Assembly (NCBI GenBank): GCA_951406725.2
Contig: CATOCA020000001.1
Location: forward strand, 10,850,001-10,914,000
Origin: Octopus vulgaris
Taxonomy: Eukaryota
DNA: 64,000 bases
Direction: 5' to 3'
Positions 27,301 through 41,214 of this stretch are shown here, one piece after another (position 1 is the first letter of the stretch; each line of letters starts with the position of its first letter). The position numbers were made by a program, and so were the translations under genes. The notes under the pieces are model-generated. The model did no database searches, was not told where the DNA came from, and was given only the letters and a program-made list of their open reading frames with translations.

Positions 27301-29672
27301 CTTTGCAGGATTTGAAATCATGACCCTGTTATCGAGAGCAGCACCTTTGACCAGGATGTTATGTATTCTCGACTGCTATTATACTCCCAAAATGGTATTT
27401 TTCATATGTCCTGGCAACACCCAGAGAATATTCTTATCTACTTGACACATTTCTAAAACAAACACCATTGTTTTTATCGATTATTAGGATGGCGATATCT
27501 GCTCAAAGACACGACCTCATCTCTCTAGTTACTAAAATGCAAACCCGACAAATTTCCCTCCTTTCCCAGAATATATTTCAGTTGGTTGTAAAGTATTCTT
27601 GTTGTTCACTGATGACAAGGCTATGATCAGAGGCGTTTCGGTCATGATCATCCCCTCCATTCACTTACATCTCCGGTCTGTAGGTGAGCAGGGTTTTCCC
27701 TGAATTCAATTGCAACCAAAAACCCATAGGACACTTGTGGGTATACCACTAAATACATGCTTCCAATTCCTCAGATCTGAATACTTCGCCACCTTCCCAT
27801 CCCCGCAGGACTTTCAAATGAAAAAAATAAGTTGTACAGTTAAAAAGTATAGAGGTTAAATTAAAAAGATAATATTAAACAAGAATATCCATGCAAAATA
27901 GTCGGCAATGTCTGTACACAATGCCTGTACACAAATTTACAAATTGCTTTGCAGCGTTTCTGTCGGCTATTCGCGTTCTGAGTTCCTTTCCCGCCGAAGT
28001 CCCCTTTGCGTTTCATTTCTCAGAGGTGCTAAAGTCCAATTAGTCGACTGACCACTTCCCCCACAATAACACAGCCGCTGGCATTCTACCTAAGCCAGAG
28101 ACAACATTACATGAGCGGCAATCTAGGATTTCAGGACAAAGAATTGCTACGCAGTGACATATGTAATCATGTATGGTTATATAAATATGCAGCAAGATAT
28201 ATACATACACAAACACACACAAATATATTTGCGTGTATGTGTGTGTGTGTAAGTGTACCTGTGTGTGCTCGTGTATGTGACTGTGCAATTATGTACGTTT
28301 GTTTGTATATATATATATATATATATATATAGGCGTAGAGTCCTGTGAGTGGATTTGGTAGACAGAAACTATATGTATATATATGTGTGTGTGTGTCTAT
28401 ATGTTTCTATGTGTCATTTTATTGTTCACTTTTGCCGATCCGCTATGTTAAGGGGAGCGAAATAAAACCATGCTGCCAAGCTGTGAATGGAGAATAAACA
28501 TAGACACACATACGTTTGAATGTGTTATTTTATTGCTCACTTTTGCCGATCCGCGATGTTAAGGGTGATGTTATGGTTGCTTGGAACCAAATGCTCGCCG
28601 CCAAATTATCGTCAGAAATTAAATACGTGTTATCCACTTATCTGAATATTCTATTGCCTCATATAAGTTTTTTGTCTCACCTTCCAGCTGCGATCCGATA
28701 AACATACTGAATGAAGTACCCTGATTTTCCACCTATTCACCATTCCTACAAGTCAAATGTTTTTATCGATTATTGGGATGGCGATATCTGCTCAAATACA
28801 CGACCTCATCTCTCTAGTTACTAAAATGCAAACCCGACGAATTTCCCTCCTTTCCCAGAATATATTTCAGTTGGTTGTAAAGTATGCTTGTTTTACACTG
28901 ATGACAAAACTATGATCAGAAGCGTTCCGGTCGTGATCATCCCGTCGCTTTACTTATATTGCAATGTGTGTTGTGTTCTTTCCGTGGTTAAGACGATAGG
29001 GTGTGAGACAATGGAATATCATAGTCTCAAATGCTTACGATAGGGCTGATGGCGCAAATCTATAAGTAATGGGCATTCATTAGTCCTGAAACCTATATCT
29101 ACAATCATTATTGTAATACATCACATGATGTGGATGTTAATTTTCATAGATCTTTCCGAAATATAAGTCCGACCTTTCTATCAAGATGAAGCATCAATTT
29201 ATTAAACGACATCTAGGACTGAATTATTCTGCAACTTGCAGAAGAATGAAAGTGATATTCTACGTGGTTTACTCTGCATGTGTGTTTAGTATATTGTAAC
29301 TTTCATGTACATGGGTTATCTCAAGTACAACATACCCCCGAATATTTAGGGGCGTCCAGTTCACCCTGTGTAACTTGCCGAAGGACTCACACAGCAGATG
29401 CAGGTACTAGAGGGTAAAGACGGTACTAATTCCTAAGTTGTTCACTTGAGCATCCGCATACCAATTTATTATTATTCGATATACACAAAAAACTTTAGAT
29501 TGTCTGAGTACGTTCGCGTATATATATATATATATATATATATTAATGTATATATATATATTAATGTATATGTGGGCGTCTATGAGCATGTGTGTGTGTG
29601 AGTACATGCACAAGTGTACGGCGTTCAAAATACTCACACAGACACACACACACGCATATACACACACACACA

Positions 29673-29708
<36 letters not shown>

Positions 29709-30800
29709 TACGCATTCAGAGATCAACACACACATATAAAAAGTGTATTCGTTTCTTTAATTATTTTACTTGTCTAAGTCATTTGACTGCGTCCTTGCTG
29801 GAGTTCCACCTAAAAAGCCTTTAAGCCGAAGAACCGAAAGTTTACCACTGGGCTTATTCTTGGTAAGCCTGGTACTTATTTTATTGATCGCTTTTGCCGA
29901 ACAGCTATGTTAAAGCGGGCGTAAAAGACCTGCTGTCAAACTATGAACGCGTAACCAACATAGTCACACAGACACACACGCACACAGGTAAACACACACA
30001 CACACACTCATACATACACACACACGCGCGCGCGCCACACATACACTCACAGACACACTCACACACACATATGTATATATATATATATATAAAACGGATT
30101 TCCTTCGGGTCCGTCTACTAAACCCACTCACAAGTCTTTGCTCGGCCCGAGGTTATAGTAGAAGACACTTTCCCAGGTTGCCAAGCAGGGAAACTACACC
30201 TGGATCTATGTGCTTGCGGAGCAAGTTCCTTACCAAATAGCCACGCCTATGCATATGTGTTTATGTAGAAGTCTATAAACAGGATGAAGAGGACAATCAA
30301 ATGTTTAACTAATATTTCTTACGTGCGTGTAACAACGTTATGGTTGCTTGGAACCAAATGCTCACCGACAAATGACTGTCAGGAACAACGTTATTCTATT
30401 AAGTTGCATAGTTATAGAAAGATAGAGAGAGATGGAAAAATAAATCATATATATGTGTGTGTATATATAAATGTTAAATCTTAAAAAAAATAACAAAACT
30501 CGATTTATCTATTCGCATTCTGATTTCCTTTCCTGTCGAACTACCCTTTGCCTTTCATTTCTCAGAGGTGCTGAAGTCCAATTAGTCGACTGTCCAATTC
30601 CCCCACAAAACACAACCACTGGCAATCTACCTAACCCAGAAACCACTTTATAGGCGGCAATCTAGGACTTTAGGACGAAGAATTTCTACGCGGGGTCATA
30701 CGTAATCATGTATGGTTATATAAAATGCATGAGGATATATATACATACACAAACACGCAAAAATATGTGTGTGTATGAGTGTGTGTATGTATGTTAGTTC

Positions 30801-30856
<56 letters not shown>

Positions 30857-32668
30857 GTATATATGAATGTATATGTGAGCGTGTGTCTACATGTGTGTGT
30901 GTGAATACATGCACATGTGTACGAGGCAAAACATCACACACATACATATATATAGGTATATAAGTACATATTTATATATTCATACGCATTTATATATATA
31001 CACACACGCATGCGCACACACACATATAAAGGTGTATTCTTATTCTTTAAATTCCTTTACGTGTTGAAGTCATTTGCCCACGGTCATGCTGGAGCACCAT
31101 ATCAAAAGCCTTTAAGCCCAATAAATTGACATCAGAGCTTATTCTTTGTAAGCCAAGTACTTATTTTATTGGCCGCTTTTGCCGAACCGCAATGTTAAGG
31201 AGGGGGCCTTAAAAAACCTGCTGTCGAATATGAATGGGTAACAAACATAGTTGCAAAGACAGAAACACACATACACAAACAAACAAACTCACACACACAC
31301 ACACAAACACATATATGCTTCAATATATATAGATACATATAGAACGCACTTCTTTCGGTTTCCGTCTACCAAATCCACTCGTAAGGCTTTGGTCGGTCTG
31401 AGGTTATAGTAGAAGACACTTTCCCAAATTGCCATGCAGTGAAACTAAACCTGGAACTATCTGCTTGTGAATTCATGTTTCTTACCACTCAGCCACGCCT
31501 ATGCATATGTGTTTATGTAGTCTCTATATAGGATGAACAGGACAAACAAATATTTAAATAATAATTCTGACGTGAGTGTAACAACGTTATGTTTGCTTGG
31601 AACAAAATGCTCACCGACAAATGACAACGTTATTCTATTAAGTTGCATAGTGAGAGAAAGATAGAGAGAGAGGGAAAAATAAATCATATATACATGTGTG
31701 TGTAGATACAAATGTTAAATCTTAAAAGAAAAGTAACAAAAATTGATTTACCTTTATAGAGCCGGCCCCAAATATGACTTCGGTTTGAATTTTTGACAGA
31801 AATTAAATGTTTTATCCACTTATCGGAATATTCTATTGCCTCATATAAGTTTTTTGTCTCAACCTTCCAGGTGCTATCCGAAAAGCATACTGAATGAAAT
31901 ACCCTGTTGTAATAATTCTCTAATTATTTTTAAAACGAGAGTGGCAGTATTTTTTCTTGATGTATGTGATTGGCTGAAATTCTTTAATATCCGGAAAATA
32001 AATCCATTTTCCAGCTAGTCACCATTCCTACACGTCGAGTGTTGAAATGGTCGCTGTGCAACATAACATGAATTGTTCTGCGCACAAAACACCACTCGTC
32101 CCAGGATCTGAAATCACGACCTTAATCACGATTTCATGTCCTCGACTTCTATTATATTACCAAAACTTTATTTTTCATATGTCCTGACAACACCCACAGA
32201 ATATTCTTATCTACTTGTCGCTTTTCTAAAACAAACGCCATTGTTTTTACCGATTATTGGGATGGCGATATCTGCTCAAAAATATGACCTCATCGCTCTA
32301 GTTACTAAAATGGAAACTCGGCCAATTTTCCTCGTTTCGCAGAATATATTTCAGTTATTTGTAAAGAATGCTTGTTGTTCAATGATGACAAGACTATGAT
32401 CAGAGGCGTTTCGGCAATGATCATGCCGTTGATTTACTTACATCGCAATGTGTGTTGTGTTCTTTCCGTGGTTAAGACGGTAGGGTGTGGGACAATGGAA
32501 TATCATTGTCTCAAATGCTTACGATAGGGCTGATAGCGCAAACTTTCAAGTAATGGACAATCATTAGTCCTGAAACCTACACCTGCAATCATTATTGTAA
32601 TACATCACATGATGTGGATGTTAATTTTCATAGATCTCTCCGAAATATAAGTCCGACCTTACAATTAA

Positions 32669-33890
32669 TTTTTGCTTAGAAACTCTGTCTCCCTTTTCAG
32701 CTTCCTTTCAGCAACCATAACCATGTCTCAATATTACTATTTCCTGCAACTATCTTTGCCAATCGACATTGCCATACATTCTCTTGTTAGTTAGATTATC
32801 TTCCTACTTTTTTTATTGTTTTAATTTCATTTGGCTTTTTCCTTTCCTATCTCCTACTATAACTCAGGCAAATCATAAATTTAATTCATTATTATATATA
32901 TCAACTCTAGCTAACTCTACCCTACTTTCTGATGATATTAAACCGCTTCCACCTTCGTTATTCTAAGTAAGTGCAATCTTGCTCTTTCTAATCGAGGCTG
33001 AAGTCCTCTATTCATATTGAATTCCTTCCTAGTTCTTCTGTCTAGATTTGCTAATTCAGATCTTTTCCAATCAACAAATTCTGCTGAATACCGAAGTAAC
33101 GACACTTCCCAAAGTTTTTACAACCTTTACTAGATTTAGAACCCTTCGCTTTCCCTTCATTAGCTTCTTCAACCTTCAGATGTACTCCTTAGCTATTTTT
33201 GTTTTCATTTCCATTGTTAGTACACTCTCAGATTCTAATACTCCGAAGCACTTATGATTCTCTGCCTTCAGTGATATTACTTTCTTGCTATCTGGCCTTC
33301 ACTGCTGACTACCTGTCCCCTTTTTATGATTTATGATGCGCACATATCTATGCCAAATTCCATGCCTATATCTTTTCTTAAGCGCCTTACAATTCCTATT
33401 AAGGAACCAAAAAGCTTCTAATCGTCCATCTTGAGCAAATGATTAATATTTCTTTTAACATCTCTAAACTGATACCCTGACTTTGCCTTTCTTAGTACTA
33501 AATTGACGACAGCTAAGCATAACACAAATATTAATGGAGATAACGGGTCTCCCTGGAGAATTCCTCACCTGATATTGTCTTTTCCTAAGACAGTGTCACC
33601 TGAGTAGAGATATAATTTCCTATTCTTTGCACTATAGCTGTAACTAATTAAGTCTCTTGTGTTGTCTGCAACACTGAATATACTCAAATATTCACTTATC
33701 CGTGAGTGTTGAATCATGCCATATGATTTTTATACTGTTGAAGTTTGCATTCTTTATTTTAGAACTGCTTTCTCTGTGTGTAATAGATCGTGCGTTCCTC
33801 TAGCCTTCTTTCTGCAAACATTTCAGTTCTTCTGGTAGCAAATTCTGGTTGTCCAGTTGATTCTAAATGTTTTCTGTGTGAATTCATGTT
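32669..33890 (-). mobile_element. Decayed R4/Dong-like RT domain (array copy 4)
   Basis: Near-identical to 22692-23870, but retains a ~40-bp segment (~33475-33513) deleted in copy 3. QGDPLSPL lies at ~33535-33560. Confidence 0.85.
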
Positions 33891-34009
33891 AAAAGTCTCT
33901 ACTTTGATAATTTGCCTGGTTTTTGTCTATTTTGGCTTTTATGTAGTTATGTAGTTAGTTATGAATGCCTGATCGTGTGCAGTTGCTTACAAAAACTATC
34001 TCGTTTTCA

Positions 34010-34397
34010 TTTTCGTTTCTGATACCATATTAGTCTGTAAGTGTAACTTGGCTTTTCTTTCTGTACCCTTTCTGTTCCACTGGTGCTTTGTAATTTATTT
34101 CCAGGAAATCATACACCTAATTAAATATTATTCCTGTCATCAGCTTCCACATGAGGGGCAGACAGGTGATAGGCCGGTGATAATCCACTGCATTGCTTTG
34201 TTGGGATTATTTTGGCAAAGAATTGTTTTACTTGTGGTCAGCATCTTTGGGATTTGTACACTGTTGTTGATCATTTTATATATTTGCTTGGCTATTCTTC
34301 TGTGTAGTGCTGGGGAAATTTTCAGCCAATATCCTTGTACCCCATCCGGTCCTGGGTATTTCCAGCTTGGCGATTTAATCACTCTGGCCCACATTGG
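34010..34397 (-). mobile_element. R4/Dong-like RT N-terminal fragment (copy 4)
   Basis: ORF 34140..34394 reads WKYPGPDGVQGYWLK. Confidence 0.85.
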
Positions 34398-34482
34398 TAG
34401 TCAAATATACAATGAGGCGACAGGCGTTTATACATCTGCTTTTACTCGTCCTTAATTACTAAATAATCCTCTCCTCTCAATT

Positions 34483-34517
<35 letters not shown>

Positions 34518-37500
34518 TCCTCACTTAATTTAATTTAACTCTCTATACTTATATACGATGACAGTGCGAGAATCCGTGTCTGTACAAACAGACATTTTCT
34601 GTCCATCTCTAAACTCTATTCAAAGATGCAACTGATAACTTCTATTATCCTTTGCCAGGGACCTTCCTAGAAACTTTACTAACTCTTCGATCACGAAAAT
34701 ACCAAACACATTTATCTGAGAATTCCATGGATTCTCAAAAGACTGGTAACGAATAATATCCTCGATAAAGGATATTATGCATTTCTGCATTTTCTTCGTC
34801 TTTCTCCAATAACGGAATAATTTGCTTAGATGGAATTCTTTACTCAATAACATGCTTAGCTATTCTAGAAACAGTTATAAGAGACTTTGTGCATATTTGT
34901 AACCACTCTGCACAGTTCTTTTATTTCTTTCAGCCATTTCACTGCGTCCATGCTGGAGCAATACCTTTTTAATCGAACTTATTATTTGTAAGCCTTGCAC
35001 TTATTCTATGAGTCTCCTTTGCTGAACCACTAAATTACATGGACGTAAACTCACCAACATCGGTTGTCAAGCGATGGTGGGGGACAAACAGAGACACACA
35101 AACTCACACACACAAACATGATGGGCTTCTTTCAGTTTCCGTCTTCCAGATCCATTAGCAAGGCTTTGGTCGGCCCGAGGCTATAGTAGAACGCATTATT
35201 GCAAGGTGCCACGCAGTGGGACTGAACCCCAAACAATGTGGTTGGTAAGCACGCCTATTACTACACAGCCACTCCTGCGCCAATACTTATATTATAAATT
35301 ATAAAATGAATGTTCTTGAATAAGGCTAAATGTTTTTCTTGCTCATTATCTGTTATAATTTATGTCCCTCCGCTCAATGATCAACCACACCTTAAAACCG
35401 TTGATACCCAATTTGTGCACCACATTTTTCTGTTCAAGCCGGTGTTTTAGTGGTAAACCAAACTGAGCAGTCACACTACATTCGACCTTTTACATGATTT
35501 TCTATTGTATCAACGCTAAGGTTTAATATATACTTTTATGTGGCTTTGGGGAGTGGCATGAACGGATTTCTTTTATTTGTAAGTATTTCAATTACTCGTG
35601 TAACGAACAATTCCTTTAACGAACATGGCTTGGAAAGGATTATGTGTATATATAGAGATGCCACTGGTTTGAGAAGTTTTGAGTCGAACTAATTGACCTC
35701 TGTGCTTAATTTTTTAAGCCTTGTACTTATTTTATTGGAGTATTTTGGTGAATCGCTAAGTTACCGGAACGTAAACAAACCAACACAGGTCGTCAAGCGG
35801 TGGGACAAACACTGACAAAATGACACACACACACACACTGATATTTACAGACAGACTTATATAGGCATAGGAGTGGCCGTAGAGTATGAAACACATGGTT
35901 CCGGGTTAAGTCCCGTTGCGAGACACCTTGGCTGAGTGTCTTCTACTATAGCTAAGGGCCGACCAAAGCCTTGTGAGTGGATTTCAGAGATGGAAACTCA
36001 AATAAGCCCGTCGTATGTGTGTGTGTGTGTATTCGTGTGTCTATATTTGTCCGTCCACCATCCCTTGATAACCGATGTTGGTGTGTTTACTTCCCTTTAA
36101 CCTAGCTGTTCTGGAAAAAACTGATAGAATAAGTACTAGGATTACAAAGATTAAGTCCAAGGGTCGATTTGTTCGACTAAAGGCGTCGCTCCAACATGGC
36201 CGCAGTCAAATGACTGAAACAAGTAAAAGAATAGTCTCAATGGGCTTCTTTCCGTTTCCATCTACCAAATCCACTCCTGAAGATTTTGAGAGTCCAATGG
36301 CTACAGTAGAAAACATATGAGTAGTGTGCCACGCAGTGGAACTGAACCCGAAACCAGATTTGGAAGCAAGCGTCTTACCACACAGCCGCGCCTAAACATG
36401 CCCCCCTACACAGACTCAATCCAAGGAAACACGCATAAAGATGAAACACTCTCCAAGCCGTTCACTTTATAATTTGTTTAAACGATTAACATGGTGTCCA
36501 TTAGTGAGTAATGCTGTGTTTTGATTTATTTCTCCTACACATTCATTTCAAATTTTGGCACAACACCAGCAATTTCGGGGGAGAGAGTAAGTTGATTACA
36601 TCGACCCCAGTACTTAACTGATAATGATTTCATCCACCCCGAAAGGATAAAAGGCAAACACAACCTCGGCGGAATATTTCTACTTAAAATTTAATATTAT
36701 TACGTTCATGCATAAAACATATGTAGGTGGGACAGCATCCCAGAAATCCTTCTTTTCTACTAGGCGTTTTCCAAAGCAACACCCACTGAATTTTTTTATG
36801 GATCCCGAAAAAGATATGAGCGTTACTCCTAAGAGATGTCTCTTGTCAGCTAACGATATGGCGTTGTATCATGTAATGATAGAAAGTCTGACGCAGAAAA
36901 TTGCGGAGTTTGGTGTGGGTATACAAAGTCTGAGAACGAGGCCAATTTTAGGTACATATCTTTGTTTGTTTGTTTTTTTGTGTTTTACTTAGGGTGTTGT
37001 GGTCGACGTTGTTGTTTGCCCAGATCGAAGTTTTGCACAAAGTCATTCAAACTATCGCCATCTAATTCTATTGCCTCATATAAGTGTTTTGTCTCACGTT
37101 CCAGCTGCTATCCGAAAAGTATACTGAATGAAATACCCTGTTGAAATAATTCTCTATTTTTTTTAAACCGTGAGTTGCAGTATTTTCCCTTGATGTATGT
37201 GATTGGCTGCAATTCTTTAATATCCGAAAAATAAATCCATTTTCCAGCTATTAACCGTTCCTACACGTCAAGTGTTGAAATGGGCGCTGTGCAACATAAG
37301 ATGAAGTGTCTTGCGCGCAATACACCTTTCTTTGCAGGATTTGAAATCATGACCCTGTTATCGAGAGCAGGACCTTTGACCAGGATGTTATGTATTCTCG
37401 ACTGCTATTATACTCCCAAAATGGTATTTTTCATATGTCCTGGCAACACCCAGAGAATATTCTTATCTACTTGACACATTTCTAAAACAAACACCATTGT

Positions 37501-38681
37501 TTTTATCGATTATTAGGATGGCGATATCTGCTCAAAGACACGACCTCATCTCTCTAGTTACTAAAATGCAAACCCGACGAATTTCCCTCCTTTCCCAGAA
37601 TATATTTCAGTTGGTTGTAAAGTATTCTTGTTGTTCACTGATGACAAGGCTATGATCAGAGGCGTTTCGGTCATGATCATCCCCTCCATTCACTTACATC
37701 ACAATGTGTGTTGTGTTCTTTCCGTGGTTAAGTCGGTAGGGTGTGAGATAATGGAATATCATTGTCTCAAATGCTTACGATAGGGCTGATAGCGCAAATG
37801 TTCAAGTAATGGACATTCACTAGTCCTGAAACCTACACCTACAATCATTATTGTAATACATCACATGATGTGGATGTTAATTTTTATAGATCTTTCCGAA
37901 ATATAAGTCCGACCTTACTATCAAGATGAAGATTCAATTTATTAAATAACATCTAGGACTTCCTTCGGGTCCGTCTACAATACCCACTCACAAGTCTTTG
38001 CTCGGCCCGAGTCTATAGTAGAAGACACTTTCCCAGGTTGCCATGCAGGGAAAATAAACCTGGATCTATGTGCTTGCGGAACAAGTTCCTTACCAAATAG
38101 CCACGCCTATGCATGTGTGTTTATGTAGAAGTCTATATATAGTGAGAGAAGGACAAAAAATGCTTAACCAATAGTTATTACGTGCGTGTAACGACGTTAT
38201 GGTTGGTTGGAACCAAATGCTCGCCGACAAATGACAGTCAGGAACAACGTTATTCTATTAAGTTGCATAGTTATAGAAAGATAGAGAGAGATGGAAAAAT
38301 AAATCATATATATGTGTGTGTGTATATATAAAAATGTTAAATCTTAAAAGAAAAGTACCAAAAATTGATTAATCTATTCGCATTCTGAGTTCCTTTCCTG
38401 TCGAATTCCCCTTTGCCTTTCATTTCTCAGAGGTGCTGAAGTTCGATTAGTCGACTGACCAACTCCCCAACAAAACACAACCACTGGCATTCTACCTAAG
38501 CCAGAAACCACTTTAAAGGCGGCAATCTAGGATTTTAGGACGAAGAATTTCTACGCGGGGTCATATGTAATCATGTATGGTTATATAAAGATGCATGAGG
38601 ATATAAATACATACACAAACACGCACGAATATGTGTGTGTATGAGTGTATTTGCATATGAGTGTGTGTATGTACGTACGTT

Positions 38682-38738
<57 letters not shown>

Positions 38739-39847
38739 ATATGAATGTATATGTGAGCGTGCGTCTACATGTGTGTGTGAATACATACACATGTGTACGA
38801 GGCGAAACATTCCCACACACACACGTATATATATAGGTATATAAATACATATATATATATATTCATACGCATTTGTATATATACACACACAAACACACAC
38901 ACATATATAAATGTGTATTCTTTTTCTTTTATTCTTTTACTTGATGAAGTCATTTGCCCGCGGCCATGCTGGAGCACCATATCAAAAGATTTTAAACACA
39001 ATAGATTGACATCAGACCTTATTCTTTGTAAGCCAAGTACTTATTTTATTGGCCGCTTTTGCCGAACCGCAATGTTTAGGAGGGGCCTTAAAAAACCTGC
39101 TGCCAAGATATGAATGGGTAACAAACATAGTCGCAAAAACAGAAACACAAATACACAAACAAATGAACTCACACACACACACACACAAACACACATATGC
39201 TTCAATATATATAGATATATATATAACGCACTTCTTTCGGTTTCCGTCTACCAAATCCACTCGTAAGATTTTGGTCGGTCCAAGGTTATAGTAGAAGACA
39301 CTTTCCCAAATTTCCATGCAGTGAAACTGAACCTGGAACTATCTGCTTGCGATGCATGTTTCTTACCACACAGCTACGCCTATGTATGTGTGTTTATGTA
39401 TAAGTCTATATATAGGATGAACAGGACAAACAAATATTTAACTAATAATTCTGACGTGAGTGTAACACCGTTATGTTTTCTTGGAACAAAATGCTCACCG
39501 TTCACTTAATAATTTGTTCAAACGATTAACATGGTGTCCATTAGTGAGTAATGCTGTGTTTTGATTTATTTCTCCTACACATTCATTTCAAATTTTGGCA
39601 CAACACCAGCAATTTCGGGGGAGGGAGTAAGTTGATTACATCGACACCAGTACTTAACTGATATTGATTTCATCCACCCCGAAAGGATAAAAGGCAAAGA
39701 CAACCTCGGCGGAATTTTTCTACTTAATATTTAATATTATTACGTTTTGCATTTTTGAAATTGGGTGTTAAAACAGAAATACTTCTATTTGGAGATGGTC
39801 GTCTGTTGCCAATGAAACACAAGCAAAATATATATTTGATCCTCACT

Positions 39848-39889
39848 TTATTATTATTATCATTATTGTTGTTGTTGTTGTTGTTTTTG

Positions 39890-39921
<32 letters not shown>

Positions 39922-39968
39922 GGTGGAGGTGGTCGTGGTGGTGGTGGTGGTGGTGGTGGTTGTGGTGT
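39848..39968. repeat. Graded (TTA)n-(TTG)n-(GTG)n trinucleotide tract
   Basis: Direct reading of the sequence. Confidence 0.9.
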
Positions 39969-40200
39969 TACGCCGGGCAAAACGCTTAGAAGTATTTCGT
40001 CTGCCCGAAGGTGGCGAGATGTCAGAAACGTTAGCGCGCCGGGCGAAATGCTTAGCAGTATTTCGTCTGTGGTTACGTTCTTAGTTCAAATTCCGCCGAG
40101 ATCGACTTTGCCTTTCATCCTTTCGGGAACGATAAATTAAGTACCAGTTACACACTGGCTTCGATGTAATGGACTTGTCCTTGTGCTTCCAGTAGACAGG

Positions 40201-40486
<286 letters not shown>

Positions 40487-40721
40487 AAGCGGAGAGCTGG
40501 CAGAATCGTTAGCATTTCGGGCAAAATGCTTGGTAGTATTTCATCTATCATTAGTTTCTGAGTTCAAATCCCCAGAGGTCAACTTCACATTTCAACATTT
40601 CGAGGTCTATAAATTAAATACCAGTTGAGTACTAGGGGCTATGTAATCGACTAACTCTCCCCATCCAAGAATATGTCAGGCTTTGTGCTTATAGTAGGAA
40701 CGACTATTATTATTGTTATTA

Positions 40722-40788
<67 letters not shown>

Positions 40789-41163
40789 CATTATTATTAT
40801 TATTACTATTAGTATAAATTCTTCCGTCTCACATACTGTGATCTCCTCAGCGACTCTCTGCTACGCCTTTTTCTTCTTATCCTGCTTATTCTGTATTAAA
40901 ATTTATATTAAATGTCTACGTTTCTACTGTTTGTCAAGTGGATTGTTTGCCAAATAATTTATACTCGGAACAATTGTACAAACGGAATTTCCCACTTGGT
41001 GCAGCTATATATTTTAGTAATTGTTTGAATGAATACACGCACATACACAACACACATATATGTATGTGTGTGTATATATATGTGTGTGTGTGTATATATA
41101 TATATGTGTGTTTGTGTGTGTGTGTGTGTATATATATGTATGTATATAAATATATATATATAC

Positions 41164-41214
<51 letters not shown>

